From the IMG/VR virus record IMGVR_UViG_3300032167_000048: 64,000 nucleotides of DNA; one strand, 5' to 3'. Below the pieces are notes generated by a model that did not search any database, was not told the DNA's origin, and saw only the letters and a list, made by a program, of their open reading frames with translations. The DNA is from a virus (taxonomy: Duplodnaviria > Caudoviricetes). Numbering within the stretch: position 1 is the first letter of the stretch; each line of letters begins with the position of its first letter. Positions 53,062 to 63,639 of the stretch are shown piece after piece. The position numbers were made by a program, and so were the translations under genes.

Positions 53062-53484
53062 TTAACTTTCTTTTATCCAGTAGTTTCCAATACATCCATC
53101 TGTACTATCCCAAATATCATGCACTTTACCATTCTTAATACATACTACATGGTGTCCACCAATATTTGCTACACATACACCTTTAAACATCTTGCAAAAC
53201 TCTTTGCCAGTATACTTTGTATTGTCTGATTTTCTAGGTTGTTTCATTTTTGTCCAACCCTTTAACTTCATATATCTTTCAATGCCTTTTGTATCATTGA
53301 TTGCATATCCAGTTTCACAACTTAACTGTGCCATCTCCATTACTGTCTGCTCCCAAGTTTGTCCAAGTGCAGTACTAATTGCTCTGAATGTACAATCACC
53401 AGTAATTCTATTCTTTGGATTTGCATTGTAATAAGTGAATGTACTTGTGTTCTTATAAATCTCTTCTCTGCTTCTTCTTGCCAT
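53062..53484 (-). CDS. Conserved phage protein (NANP...GDC..RAI...H...D.WD; papain-like Cys/His pattern)
   Basis: YYNANPK...GDCTFRAIS; HVVCI; DIWDS. Confidence 0.65.
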   Translation of the reverse strand: MARRSREEIYKNTSTFTYYNANPKNRITGDCTFRAISTALGQTWEQTVMEMAQLSCETGYAINDTKGIERYMKLKGWTKMKQPRKSDNTKYTGKEFCKMFKGVCVANIGGHHVVCIKNGKVHDIWDSTDGCIGNYWIKES

Positions 53485-53723
53485 AATTATTACCTCTTTT
53501 CTTGTTGTCTTATTTTTATCTATAACTTATTATATCATGTATAAATCTACTTGTCAAGATAATTTTATATATTTAACGAAACTTTTTTATTAACATCTAT
53601 TTAAAGTTTTTAAAAATTAAATTTTTCTGCTGCGAAATATATCTATTTAAAGTTTTTAAAAAATAAACTTTTTTGTTTCTTTAGAAATAACTTTTGTTTC
53701 TTTGTAAATAAAAAAGTTGAAGC

Positions 53724-54077
53724 CTAAGCCTCAACTTTATTAATATTATTTACTTCCTCTAATGTTAATACTTTATTAATCTTCATTCTCTGTGCAAGAA
53801 CCCATGCTCCACCTTGTGATTCTGGTCTATCGTAGCTTTCAAAATCTTCTACTTCACATTCAACCCATACGCGTTTTTCTCCAGTTTTAAGCTCTAATTT
53901 TAAGTGTGGTGCTATTGGTTTAAAGCAACAATGCCAACCTTGTCTAATGGCAAATCCTTTCGTTGGATGGCACTCTGCAACCATCCATTCTCCAATAGGT
54001 GTTTCAACTGTTTTATTAATAAATAACGGATATAATTTGCCATCTTTCTTTGTTCTTAATAATTTATATGCTTTCAT
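53724..54077 (-). CDS. Conserved phage protein
   Basis: AYKL...LYPLFI...HPTKGFA.R.GWH...RPESQGG.W.LA. Confidence 0.75.
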   Translation of the reverse strand: MKAYKLLRTKKDGKLYPLFINKTVETPIGEWMVAECHPTKGFAIRQGWHCCFKPIAPHLKLELKTGEKRVWVECEVEDFESYDRPESQGGAWVLAQRMKINKVLTLEEVNNINKVEA

Positions 54078-54103
54078 ATTTATTCTCCTTATAACCTTAT
54101 ATA

Positions 54104-54970
54104 TTATACTTCTCCTAAGATATACTTCATAGCCTTTTCTGCTTTTCCACTTGCACTTACAATAAACTTATTATCGTTTCTTAATACCTTTAACCAACTC
54201 TGAATGTATGCAGTAGAGTTCTTGAATGTTTTATTGCTTTCAATTCCAATATGATTCATTAAGAATGCTGAACCAATCTCTGCAATTAACTCTTCTTTTG
54301 AATAATCTTCTGAACCAAAACTAGCAAACTGAGAAGCACAATCTAATCTTTTAAGTCTATCTTTGTGACCAGTACTGTGAATCATTTCATGGAATAACGT
54401 GCTATAAAACTCTAATACATCCTTATACTGTTCTTTACATGGTACTTGAATATAATCTCTTACTGGACTATAAAATGCTCTATCAGATACAGTTTCATTA
54501 ATACAAATGTTTTCTCTATTCATATAGTTGTTTTTAATATCTTCTGCTTCTTTAATAGGCTCATGTTCCATTGCTTTAATTTCCTTTGGCTCTACTCCAT
54601 CGACCTGAGATACATGAAATACATTGATATATTTAAGTAATGGGATACATTTCTTTTCTACTCTATTAGTATTATTATCCTTTTCTTCTACTTCTAAAAT
54701 CTTCCAAAATACTACAATCTCAGACTTTTCACCTTTTCTAACAGTTCCACCTAATTCACTCCATTGTTTATATGTAGCATATTCTCCATCATGTTTTAAC
54801 AACATCTGATTAAGTAATGAATAAGGCTTTTTGCTTACTCTATTATATGCACCATTTGTGATGCCACTCCAAGGCTTATGCCAAGGGATGTTGCCATCTT
54901 CTAACTGTTCAATAATTCGGTTTGTGATTTCTTCATAGATATTAAATTTTTCTTTTGCCATAACATTCAA
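54104..54970 (-). CDS. ardC: ArdC-family antirestriction/ssDNA-binding protein with zincin domain
   Basis: IPWHKPW; YSLLN; ATYKQW..LGG.VRKGEK; VF...Q; HEMIHSTGH..RL.R; Y..EELIAE. Confidence 0.9.
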   Translation of the reverse strand: MNVMAKEKFNIYEEITNRIIEQLEDGNIPWHKPWSGITNGAYNRVSKKPYSLLNQMLLKHDGEYATYKQWSELGGTVRKGEKSEIVVFWKILEVEEKDNNTNRVEKKCIPLLKYINVFHVSQVDGVEPKEIKAMEHEPIKEAEDIKNNYMNRENICINETVSDRAFYSPVRDYIQVPCKEQYKDVLEFYSTLFHEMIHSTGHKDRLKRLDCASQFASFGSEDYSKEELIAEIGSAFLMNHIGIESNKTFKNSTAYIQSWLKVLRNDNKFIVSASGKAEKAMKYILGEV

Positions 54971-55170
54971 TCCTTTCCTTTAAATATGTTATCGTTATCT
55001 TTTATCTATATTCATTATACTACTATAATGACTACTTGTCAAGCTATTTTTATAATATTTTTTAAATTATTTTTTCGAATCATATATGTAAAGTTTTTAA
55101 AAATTCAAAAAAATTGTACAACAAATCCAAAAAAATCTAATTTTTAAAAACTTTATATATATACACAAAG

Positions 55171-55198
55171 AAAAAGCACGGAGATTAATTCTCCGTGC
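55171..55198 (-). terminator. Intrinsic terminator
   Basis: gcacggaga-ttaat-tctccgtgc followed by a T-run on the minus strand. Confidence 0.8.
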
Positions 55199-55582
55199 GT
55201 AGATTTGGTAATTGATTACACCATTCTAATAATGATTCAAGATTCTTTTTCTTTAATTCTTCAAACTCTTCTCTTGTTAGTTTGCTTGAATAAGAATGGT
55301 TTACAATTGTTCTATTCTTTTTATATACAAAGTGTTTTGGTGGTTTAATATCTTTAAAATAATCCATTATAAATGCAATATATGTGTTAGAGCCAGATTC
55401 ATGACATTCACAACAATACATTGTTCTATAACCTTTATCATTTAAGATTCTTACATGCTCTTGAATATTTTTATCAATATGGATTAGATTATGTGGTGGA
55501 AACAGTTTGCAAATACAATTGTCTAATGTGTGCATACAATATGGACAAACGTAATTAATATAATACTCTTTATTTCTATTCA

Positions 55583-56047
55583 CTAAACCATCTCCCTAGT
55601 TGTATACTGATTATACATTGTTTTATTTGCATATGAATACTCTAACGCATCATATAAATATCCTGCATCAATCCTATTGCTAATACAACCTTTGATAATT
55701 CCATCAAAATAACTATCTTCTGGTGGACAGATTCCTTTTCTATTGTCTGCCATTACATATACAATTGCTTTTTCTTTTGCTCCATCATCCATTAAAACAT
55801 TCACAAACTCTTTTACGTAATAGTTTGGATACCCTTCGTACATATCAAGTCTAGCCCAATCGTCATCATCAATATCCCATACAACAACTGGTACTTCGTC
55901 ATAGTCATCACCACTAATAATATCAGCATGACAATTAAATACTAATTTCCATCCTAACAACTTACCAGTTCCTATAACCTTAGATTTTGGACATCTAAAA
56001 GCCATTTGTTTTAAATTCATATTACTTCCATAAGCTACATATAACAT
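55583..56047 (-). CDS. Gamma-glutamylcyclotransferase (AIG2-like) family protein
   Basis: YVAYGSNMN..QM..RCP; LDMYEGYP..Y. Confidence 0.88.
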   Translation of the reverse strand: MLYVAYGSNMNLKQMAFRCPKSKVIGTGKLLGWKLVFNCHADIISGDDYDEVPVVVWDIDDDDWARLDMYEGYPNYYVKEFVNVLMDDGAKEKAIVYVMADNRKGICPPEDSYFDGIIKGCISNRIDAGYLYDALEYSYANKTMYNQYTTREMV

Positions 56048-56342
56048 AAATATCAACCTCCTTTATTATATTATATACTATATTTATTTATTTGTCAAGT
56101 AGTAATTCGCTATGTGGTATAATAAAGACCATAAATATGTTCTTTACTTCTTAAATATAAACATCCAGTTATCATATACAAGTTTTCATTATTTAAATCA
56201 TCTTTTTCAATTGATTTAATTCTTCCAACTTCGTATTCGTTTTTGTGATTCAGATAATAAACTTTATCCCCTACACAATATTCATCTTTAATCATCTTTT
56301 CTTTAAAATAGTACTCTTTGTTAAACTCAAACATAATGCCTC

Positions 56343-56528
56343 CTAAACAACCATATTATACTGTTTCATTAATCTCTCCATGATTAGTCTATTACATCTG
56401 CTAGGAACAATAGATAAATGTTCATTCTTGTCATTTCTATAAATCTCATGACTTCCTTTGCAATGATGTAACTTCCAACCATTCTTTTTAAGAATCCGTT
56501 TTACATCTCTCTTGCTATATTCACACAT
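56343..56528 (-). CDS. hicA: HicA-family toxin (no adjacent HicB)
   Basis: RILKKNGW.....KGSHEIY; 61 aa. Confidence 0.75.
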   Translation of the reverse strand: MCEYSKRDVKRILKKNGWKLHHCKGSHEIYRNDKNEHLSIVPSRCNRLIMERLMKQYNMVV

Positions 56529-57473
56529 ATAGTCACCTCCTTTATAACCTTATCTTTTATCTACTTATATTATACTACTATATATACTACTTGTCAAGTA
56601 TTATTTATACTTCAATTAGCTTTATTTTGCCTTTGTACTGTGGATATGTATTATAAATAGCTTTTGTTCCAAACTGAATTTCTTTTTTATTTGTAATACT
56701 ATTATAGAATGCATCAATAATTAATTTACTGTTGCCATGAACAAGTTTCTTACATTCTGCAAAAGTAGGCTTCTTATTCATTCCAACCCATTCATATCCA
56801 TGATTGAATAGTAATTCAACTACTTTATTGAATTTATCTTCTGTACTTGCATTATAAAATCCGTTCATAATAAACCTCCTTATACATCTTCTACTTCCAG
56901 TATTTCATACATACAATCTTTATTATCAAGACCATAAAACTTAATGCATTCTTCTACACTACTCACGATACAATGTTGCATTCTCCATTCCCAATTTGAC
57001 AACTTGTCTGCATATATAAATGTAATCTTCTTCATATAATTATCTCCTTATCTTTTATCTATTTATATTATACTACATTATATACTACTTGTCAAATACT
57101 TTTTTAAAAATCAATAGATTTTTTACTTCTAATAGTAGCAATGATAGATATTCATCACTTCTTTCTTCATTGCCTTTACAATTATAGTATTCATATCTGT
57201 CTTTATATGTTGCTATATTGTTTAATAAAATATCTTCCATTGCCATATCTACAACTCCTTATCTATTATCTGATGTTTCATTGTCTCCCCAAGTACACTC
57301 CTCTGGCAATGCTCCACCACATTTAAAATTATGTAAGCTACCTACTAAAGTAAGTTGCATACCCTCCCTATAGTTATCAAATCCAAGTTCTCTTGCTTTT
57401 TCTTCTGTCATTTTGCCGTCTCTTAACGCAATATAATCATCATATAATAATGCCATATATGTACACCTCTATT

Positions 57474-58936
57474 TAAAATCATTATTTTATTTGCCTAACA
57501 AACTACCACAACCATATTATTATTAGGTAACTGATAAACAAACTGTGTTTCTTTATCTCCCATAACATACTCTTTAAAAATTTCTTCACTTACAAAAATC
57601 TGTTCTGCAACTTCTGTATCGTATTCAAAGTATTCATTTTCTTTTTCATATTCAAAACATTCTGTAAAGTTATTTTCTCTATGCCAATGATTTTCCCATT
57701 CTCTGATATATTCATCCACATCATTCAAAGGCATTAATACTCTCCAATGATTGATTGGATTTTCCATTTTAAGATTATAAAATAAATTTGTAATATCTTT
57801 TGCTTCGCTTTCTGTAAATGCTAAAGCATCAGCAAACTGTTTTACTTCTTCTGTATTTAATCTCTTCATACTAATCTTCCCCTTTTAAAATCACTCTTTT
57901 ATGTGCTTATTCTTTGTTAAAAAATCCATGTTCTTCTAAAAATCCACTTTCATATACATCGTATATATAACTATAAAAACTATCAATATAATCTTCAATA
58001 TTATTTTCAATCAATTCTTCCCAAGTTTCTTTTGGACAATTCTTTTCATACATTCCAAACATATATGACTTCATACCATAATTATTCATACATAATACAA
58101 ATTCAATTAATTCTCCGTTTGGACTAACTTCTACATAAAAATCATCATTTACATCAAATCTTGTTGTTGTATATGTAGTTTTTTTCATATCTCCACCACC
58201 TAAAATCGTCATTTTATTTACTCAAAATATTTTGATAATTCATTTCTAACATCGGTATATGTGAAGCCAAGATTCCCAATTTTGCAATCCCCATCTTCAA
58301 GCCATTCATCAACCATATTAATTGCATTATCATCATATCCAAAGATTAACAAACCACATTCATCTGTAATATTTTTGATATAATCAAAGTTGTCAACGAT
58401 AGACCATCCCTCAATAAAATCTCCGTTTGCAGAATCTCCTCCAAGATTATCATTTTCTTTATGATAATTCTGTTCCCAAACTTTATACAATTCTTTGCCT
58501 TTTTCATTAAGTTTCATATCATTACCTCCATATAAAATTATCCTTTTAATTGTTGTATAATTCTTTTGCCAAACATTCAATTAGCATGAACATTACATTT
58601 CTTTCTTCCTCTGTTGTCATAGGCAACTCATACCAAACTTCATCATCTTTTTCTCCGTAATTACATACGGCTTGAATACTAACTTCCTTTTCCTTTGTAT
58701 TGAACATAAGATAAAAATTATAGTAAACATTGTTATCATAATCAACACCAACTAAATCTTCATTCCCTTGTTCTTTTCTAATGTTATTAGTTAATCTAAT
58801 TAATTCATCTGTTGCACATAAAACAATATTTCCCTCATATTCATCATTTGTAAAATCTAAAAAATCTCTATCAACAAAATCAATATATAATTTTTCATAT
58901 CTCATATCAAATCCTCCACTTAAAATTACATTTTTA
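57474..58936. repeat. Array C: 5 TAAAA-N6-TTTTA junction sites
   Basis: Starts at 57474, 57886, 58201, 58533, 58921. Confidence 0.9.
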
Positions 58937-59288
58937 ACATCCACATATCGCTGCGAAACCAATTGCAGTTACTCTGCCTTTCGTATCTGTTAGACAATTC
59001 ACTTCGTATTCTGTATAATATCCATCGTTTTCCATCCACTCTTCAAAAAATGCTTTTACACACTCTTCATCATTTTCAATATCTTCTATGATATTAAGAA
59101 CATATTCTAAGTTGCTTTCAAAACCATTTTCCAATGCTTCTTCCCAAGTATAATCTTCTCCATTATCTCCATTAAAATCCATATCAAAGTCTGCGATATT
59201 TCTTAATACACAAAGTAAATTTTCTCTATCTCCAACTTTTACTTTTTCTAAATTTGTATGTAATGTCATGTTTAATACCTCCAAACTA

Positions 59289-59747
59289 TTATTTATTTGT
59301 AATACTATCTACATATTTATAAAATTCAGTTTCAAATTCATCAAAATCTTCTATAAAATATCTCAGCACACTCTCAACACTTCCAGTAACATCAATGTTT
59401 ACACCATCCGTTATTAAATTCCAATCACAAGCACCACCACCAATTTTCCCAACTCTAGAAAATGGTTTATTCTTTCCCTCGCTTATAAATCCAACTAAGT
59501 GTGACCAACTGTTTGAAATAAACTGATGTGTATCATATCCCTCATGACCACCCCATCTGCTACCAGTTAAAGGAATACCATGTTCTAAACACGCATTTCC
59601 TACTTCAAGTAATTCATCAATTCTAGGCTTTAATGTTTTGATGTGAGCCTTATATTCCTCAATCTTATTTAAAGACCGTTCTTTTTCTCGTGTTAATTCA
59701 GCTTCTCTTTTGTTTGCAAAATTTTTAATGTTATCAACTCTACTCAT
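59289..59747 (-). CDS. Hypothetical early protein
   Basis: 152-aa ORF with AAAGGAG RBS and its own promoter. Confidence 0.75.
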   Translation of the reverse strand: MSRVDNIKNFANKREAELTREKERSLNKIEEYKAHIKTLKPRIDELLEVGNACLEHGIPLTGSRWGGHEGYDTHQFISNSWSHLVGFISEGKNKPFSRVGKIGGGACDWNLITDGVNIDVTGSVESVLRYFIEDFDEFETEFYKYVDSITNK

Positions 59748-61014
59748 ATCTAGTTCTCCTTTTTTATAACTTTATTTGTTCCTTATCTTTAATTATATTA
59801 TACATTAGGTTTAATCGTTTGTCAAGTAGTTTTTCATATTTCAATGAAACTTTTTAATTGTTTACATATTCTAAAAAATCTTTTGGTTCAATCCAATTTT
59901 TAATATATTCAACAAATTCATTTTCTCCCACTCTTAATTTAAACAATGCCCAATCATTATTCTTTGTTTCTAAGCAAAGCACTTTATAATATTCATTTTT
60001 TCCAAACCATACATAATCCCAATATAATCTCATAATTAGTCCTCCTATATATTTATCTCTTATTAAAAGTTCCAATTCTTACAATTTCATCTGTATCAAT
60101 ACTATCTATTTCCATACATAAATCTAGTATTTTGTTTGCAATTTCATATCTTCCAATTGCTTCCAGACCTTTATACAGATGTGCTATTTCATTTGTAACA
60201 TCTACTCTAGTATTTACTTTATGATATTTGCTTCGCATTGCATTTACCATTGTATCTAATTCTTTTGCAGTCATTGAAATATCCTCCTTATAAATCGTAT
60301 CTGTATTCTGTGTAATATTTGTAGATTGATATGCTAATAAATACTTCTAATACAAATAATACAATTGTATCAACTACTGGAATTGGGTTTCCACAGATTG
60401 CCATGATTAAAAATGCAATCAGCAACATCCAACAGAAGATTGTGAATACTGTTACAGTTGTCATCATTCCCTTTAAAAATTTTTCTCGTGTCATAATTGT
60501 TACCTCCATGTGTTGTTTCCTTTATCTTGATTTCATTATACTACTATAATAACTACTTGTCAATAGTTTTTGTAAAATTATTCCAAACAATTTTTAATTT
60601 CATCATATGTGTATTCTGATATTGGTTCATCAGCTTGCACTCTATATAATGAATTGTCAGTTCCAAAGATATAATCTCCATCTACGTCTGCCAAGCTACA
60701 ATCTGTTGTTTTAATAACTTCTACACTTCCGTCATCTTTAATAGATAACATAAAACCAAAGTATGTATCTCCATTACAATGTTCAATTTCAAATGATACT
60801 CTATTAATTTCTTTTGCCATGATAAGCACTCCCTTTCTTTATTTGTCTTTATTATACCACCACCACAACTACTTGTCAACTACTATTTATTATTTTCCTA
60901 TAATTATTTTTCTTTCAGCAGCGAATTAAAGTTTTTAAAAATTGAATAAAATTGTCCATCATGAACAAAAAAAGTTAATTTTTAAAAACTTCTATTGTTT
61001 GATTAGCACAAAAT

Positions 61015-61042
61015 AAAAAAGGTTGAGAAAAAATTCTCAACC
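61015..61042 (-). terminator. Intrinsic terminator
   Basis: ggttgagaa-aaaa-ttctcaacc followed by a T-run on the minus strand. Confidence 0.75.
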
Positions 61043-61281
61043 CATGAATTACCAGTTTACTTTATCCAGTATCGCGTTATGTTTCATTGCATAGTTATAA
61101 AAATCTTGTGTATCATCAGCACAGTATTCTTTTAAAAACTCTTCAAAATCATCCCAATCATCCGTTTTAAGTTCGTTAAAATACTGTTCAAAGAAATCCC
61201 TTTCAACTAATACATCTGTTAAATTCCAATCATCATCATGTTGCTTTATTGTATCACGATATACACATACCCAAACTCTCA

Positions 61282-61620
61282 TTACATTTCATTCCTTTCA
61301 TCTGCCCATACAATAGAGTGATAAGATAATCCCTCATTATCTGTATGCACGTTTCTATAAATTGTAGCCTTGCTAAAATCTTCCACTTGTTCGATTACAA
61401 GTTCTGCAACAGTTTTTAATCCAAGTTCTCTGATGTGGTCTTTTAAATAATAGTTGTCAAGCACATCTTTTGTTCCATTGTAAATCAAGATTGAATTAAT
61501 CATATCAATACAATATACTTTATCTCTTAGTACTTTCTGTTCATATGTATATACTGGAGGTTTTCCATTCTCCCATTTTGGTAAACTCTTTTTTGCTCTC
61601 TCTAATTCTTTTCTTGTCAT
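61282..61620 (-). CDS. Hypothetical early protein
   Basis: 112-aa ORF with AAAGGAG RBS. Confidence 0.7.
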   Translation of the reverse strand: MTRKELERAKKSLPKWENGKPPVYTYEQKVLRDKVYCIDMINSILIYNGTKDVLDNYYLKDHIRELGLKTVAELVIEQVEDFSKATIYRNVHTDNEGLSYHSIVWADERNEM

Positions 61621-62068
61621 TGTTATATTCTCCTTTTAATAATTGTTAAAACCTAAAATATGATGCCATTTTGCTGACCTTATAACATTATCATATTCAA
61701 CTGGCTTTTCTCTTCCAGTAGCTTCATAATATCGTTCTATCTGATGTGGTCTAGCAATTAACTTTGTAACCAATTCTCCAGAATTTAAGTTGTGAATGAT
61801 AATAACTCCATTGTCTGTAATACTATGTACTTCAAGACCATTCTTGTGTTTATTATCCACTACAAAACCATCAATGATGTGGCTTTCTCCTAAATCATTA
61901 ATGAGCTGTTCTCGTTTGTTTCTTTCGTATGTGTAGTGTTTTGTAGCCATATTAGTTCTCCTTTCATGTATATATTGTTCTTGTTGTTGATTATAGTATA
62001 TCATGTGATTTGCTACTTGTCAAGCATTTTTTATATATTTACTTAAAAAATTTTCCACTTAATCAGCA

Positions 62069-62132
62069 TGACCACCGTACAAAATGTACGGTGCTAGTGT
62101 CAAAAACTGCGTTGACCACCGTACAAAATGTA
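62069..62132. repeat. 20-bp direct repeat with palindrome
   Basis: tgaccaccgtacaaaatgta at 62069 and 62113; caccgtaca-aaa-tgtacggtg at 62073-62093. Confidence 0.8.
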
Positions 62133-63639
62133 TGTAATTTTTCCGTTCAAACATATAAGAATACCATACATATAAGAATACTAGTGACTACGTCACACAT
62201 TTAACTCTCTGTGCTTTTATGGTTCGTATACCTTTCCAGTTTTTTCATCATAAATAAGAGTGATAGTTTTTCCATCACGTTCAAATTTCCATGTATACTG
62301 GTTAGGATTTATATACCATTCATCTGTATATTCTTCCCCATAGTACTTCTTATAGTATTTGTCTAGTCTATTGTGTATTTGCTTTTCTGTTAGTTTTAGT
62401 TTCATAGCACACATTCTCCTTTGGCTTATATTGTTGTATCTTTGAGTATATTGTATCATCATAATGATAGTTTGTCAAGTAGTTAATGATATATTTTTTA
62501 AATTTTTTCCGTCTGCGTTAGCATTTAAAGTTTTTAAAAATTAAAGATTTTTGATTGCAAAAAATATAGGACTTAGTTTCCTAAGTCCCAAGATTCTGCG
62601 TAGTATTCATCTATATGTCCAAAGATTTCAAGATATACTGTTCCACGTTCTACTATGTATGGTTTGATATGAGCCATTATAAAACGATATTCTGCGAACA
62701 TTAGCGATAAGATACATATGGCTATAATAATTACTTTCTTCATTTTTTCCGTCCTCCTTATAGGCTTATTTCCATATCCATATACTCAAATGTTTGTCCA
62801 GTTGATTTATACCATTCTTCTGCAAATTCAAATGCTTCACAGTTTGGCATTTCTCCATCCACTATAAGATATTTAATACTTTCATATCCACTTCCAATAA
62901 AGTGTACTCTTTTTGTATATTTTGTAGTTGGATTACTCATTTTTCCGTCCTCCTTAGATTTCCATATCAATGTTAAGTGTAATTCCTTTCATATCTCCAT
63001 ATACGTTATCAATACTTGTTACTGTTGCATATTCCAGTTCATCACTTAAATCAAATAAATATCCACTATATACAACTTCTTCTTTGTCTACATCCCATAA
63101 TTCAAAATACTGGTCATCTCCATCAATAAACATATTTAAAATATCTCTTACTGTCATAATTAAAATCCTCCGTCTATAATGTTGTTTCTTTAATTTCGCA
63201 AATCTTCATGTATCTGCATTGTTTGTAGCGATTAAAAATATTTTTTGCTTCTGTCCTACTGTCTGCAACAATGAGTTCGTTTGCTCTTTTCATTGGGTTA
63301 TCACCACATTTTGCGTTCTTGCAATGTGGACAAGTATAATGTACGATATATACCATTTTTCGTCCTCCTATACTTCGTATAATCCGTTTTCATTATATGA
63401 GTATTCTTTTTCCGTCAAGATTGCGAGCATATCTATACTCGATTCAATCCGTGCAATTCTAACATCATATGTTTTATCCCATCCACATTTGTTAAAATAT
63501 CTTTCTGCACTTCTGATTAGATAGTTGATTCTATCTTCCATACGTTTGATTTTGTTTTCAATATCCATATTTTTTCTCCTTTCTTTGTTGTTTTCTGATT
63601 ACATTATACATCATGTTTAGTAGCTTGTCAAGTAGTAAA

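Larger units (their letters stand above)
53014..63631 (-). promoter_or_regulatory. Cluster of 12 near-consensus sigma-A promoters (early region)
   Basis: TTGACA-17-TATAAT/TATACT/TACAAT with -10 hexamers at 53014, 53529, 55014, 56070, 56569, 57067, 59797, 60535, 60851, 61995, 62450, 63603; many read TTGACAAGTAG. Confidence 0.9.

Noticed and set aside
341-63524. Plus-strand ORFs in the six-frame track
   Set aside because: Nearly all are antisense shadows of minus-strand genes, rich in Ser/Phe/Leu/Ile, and without RBS or recognisable motifs.
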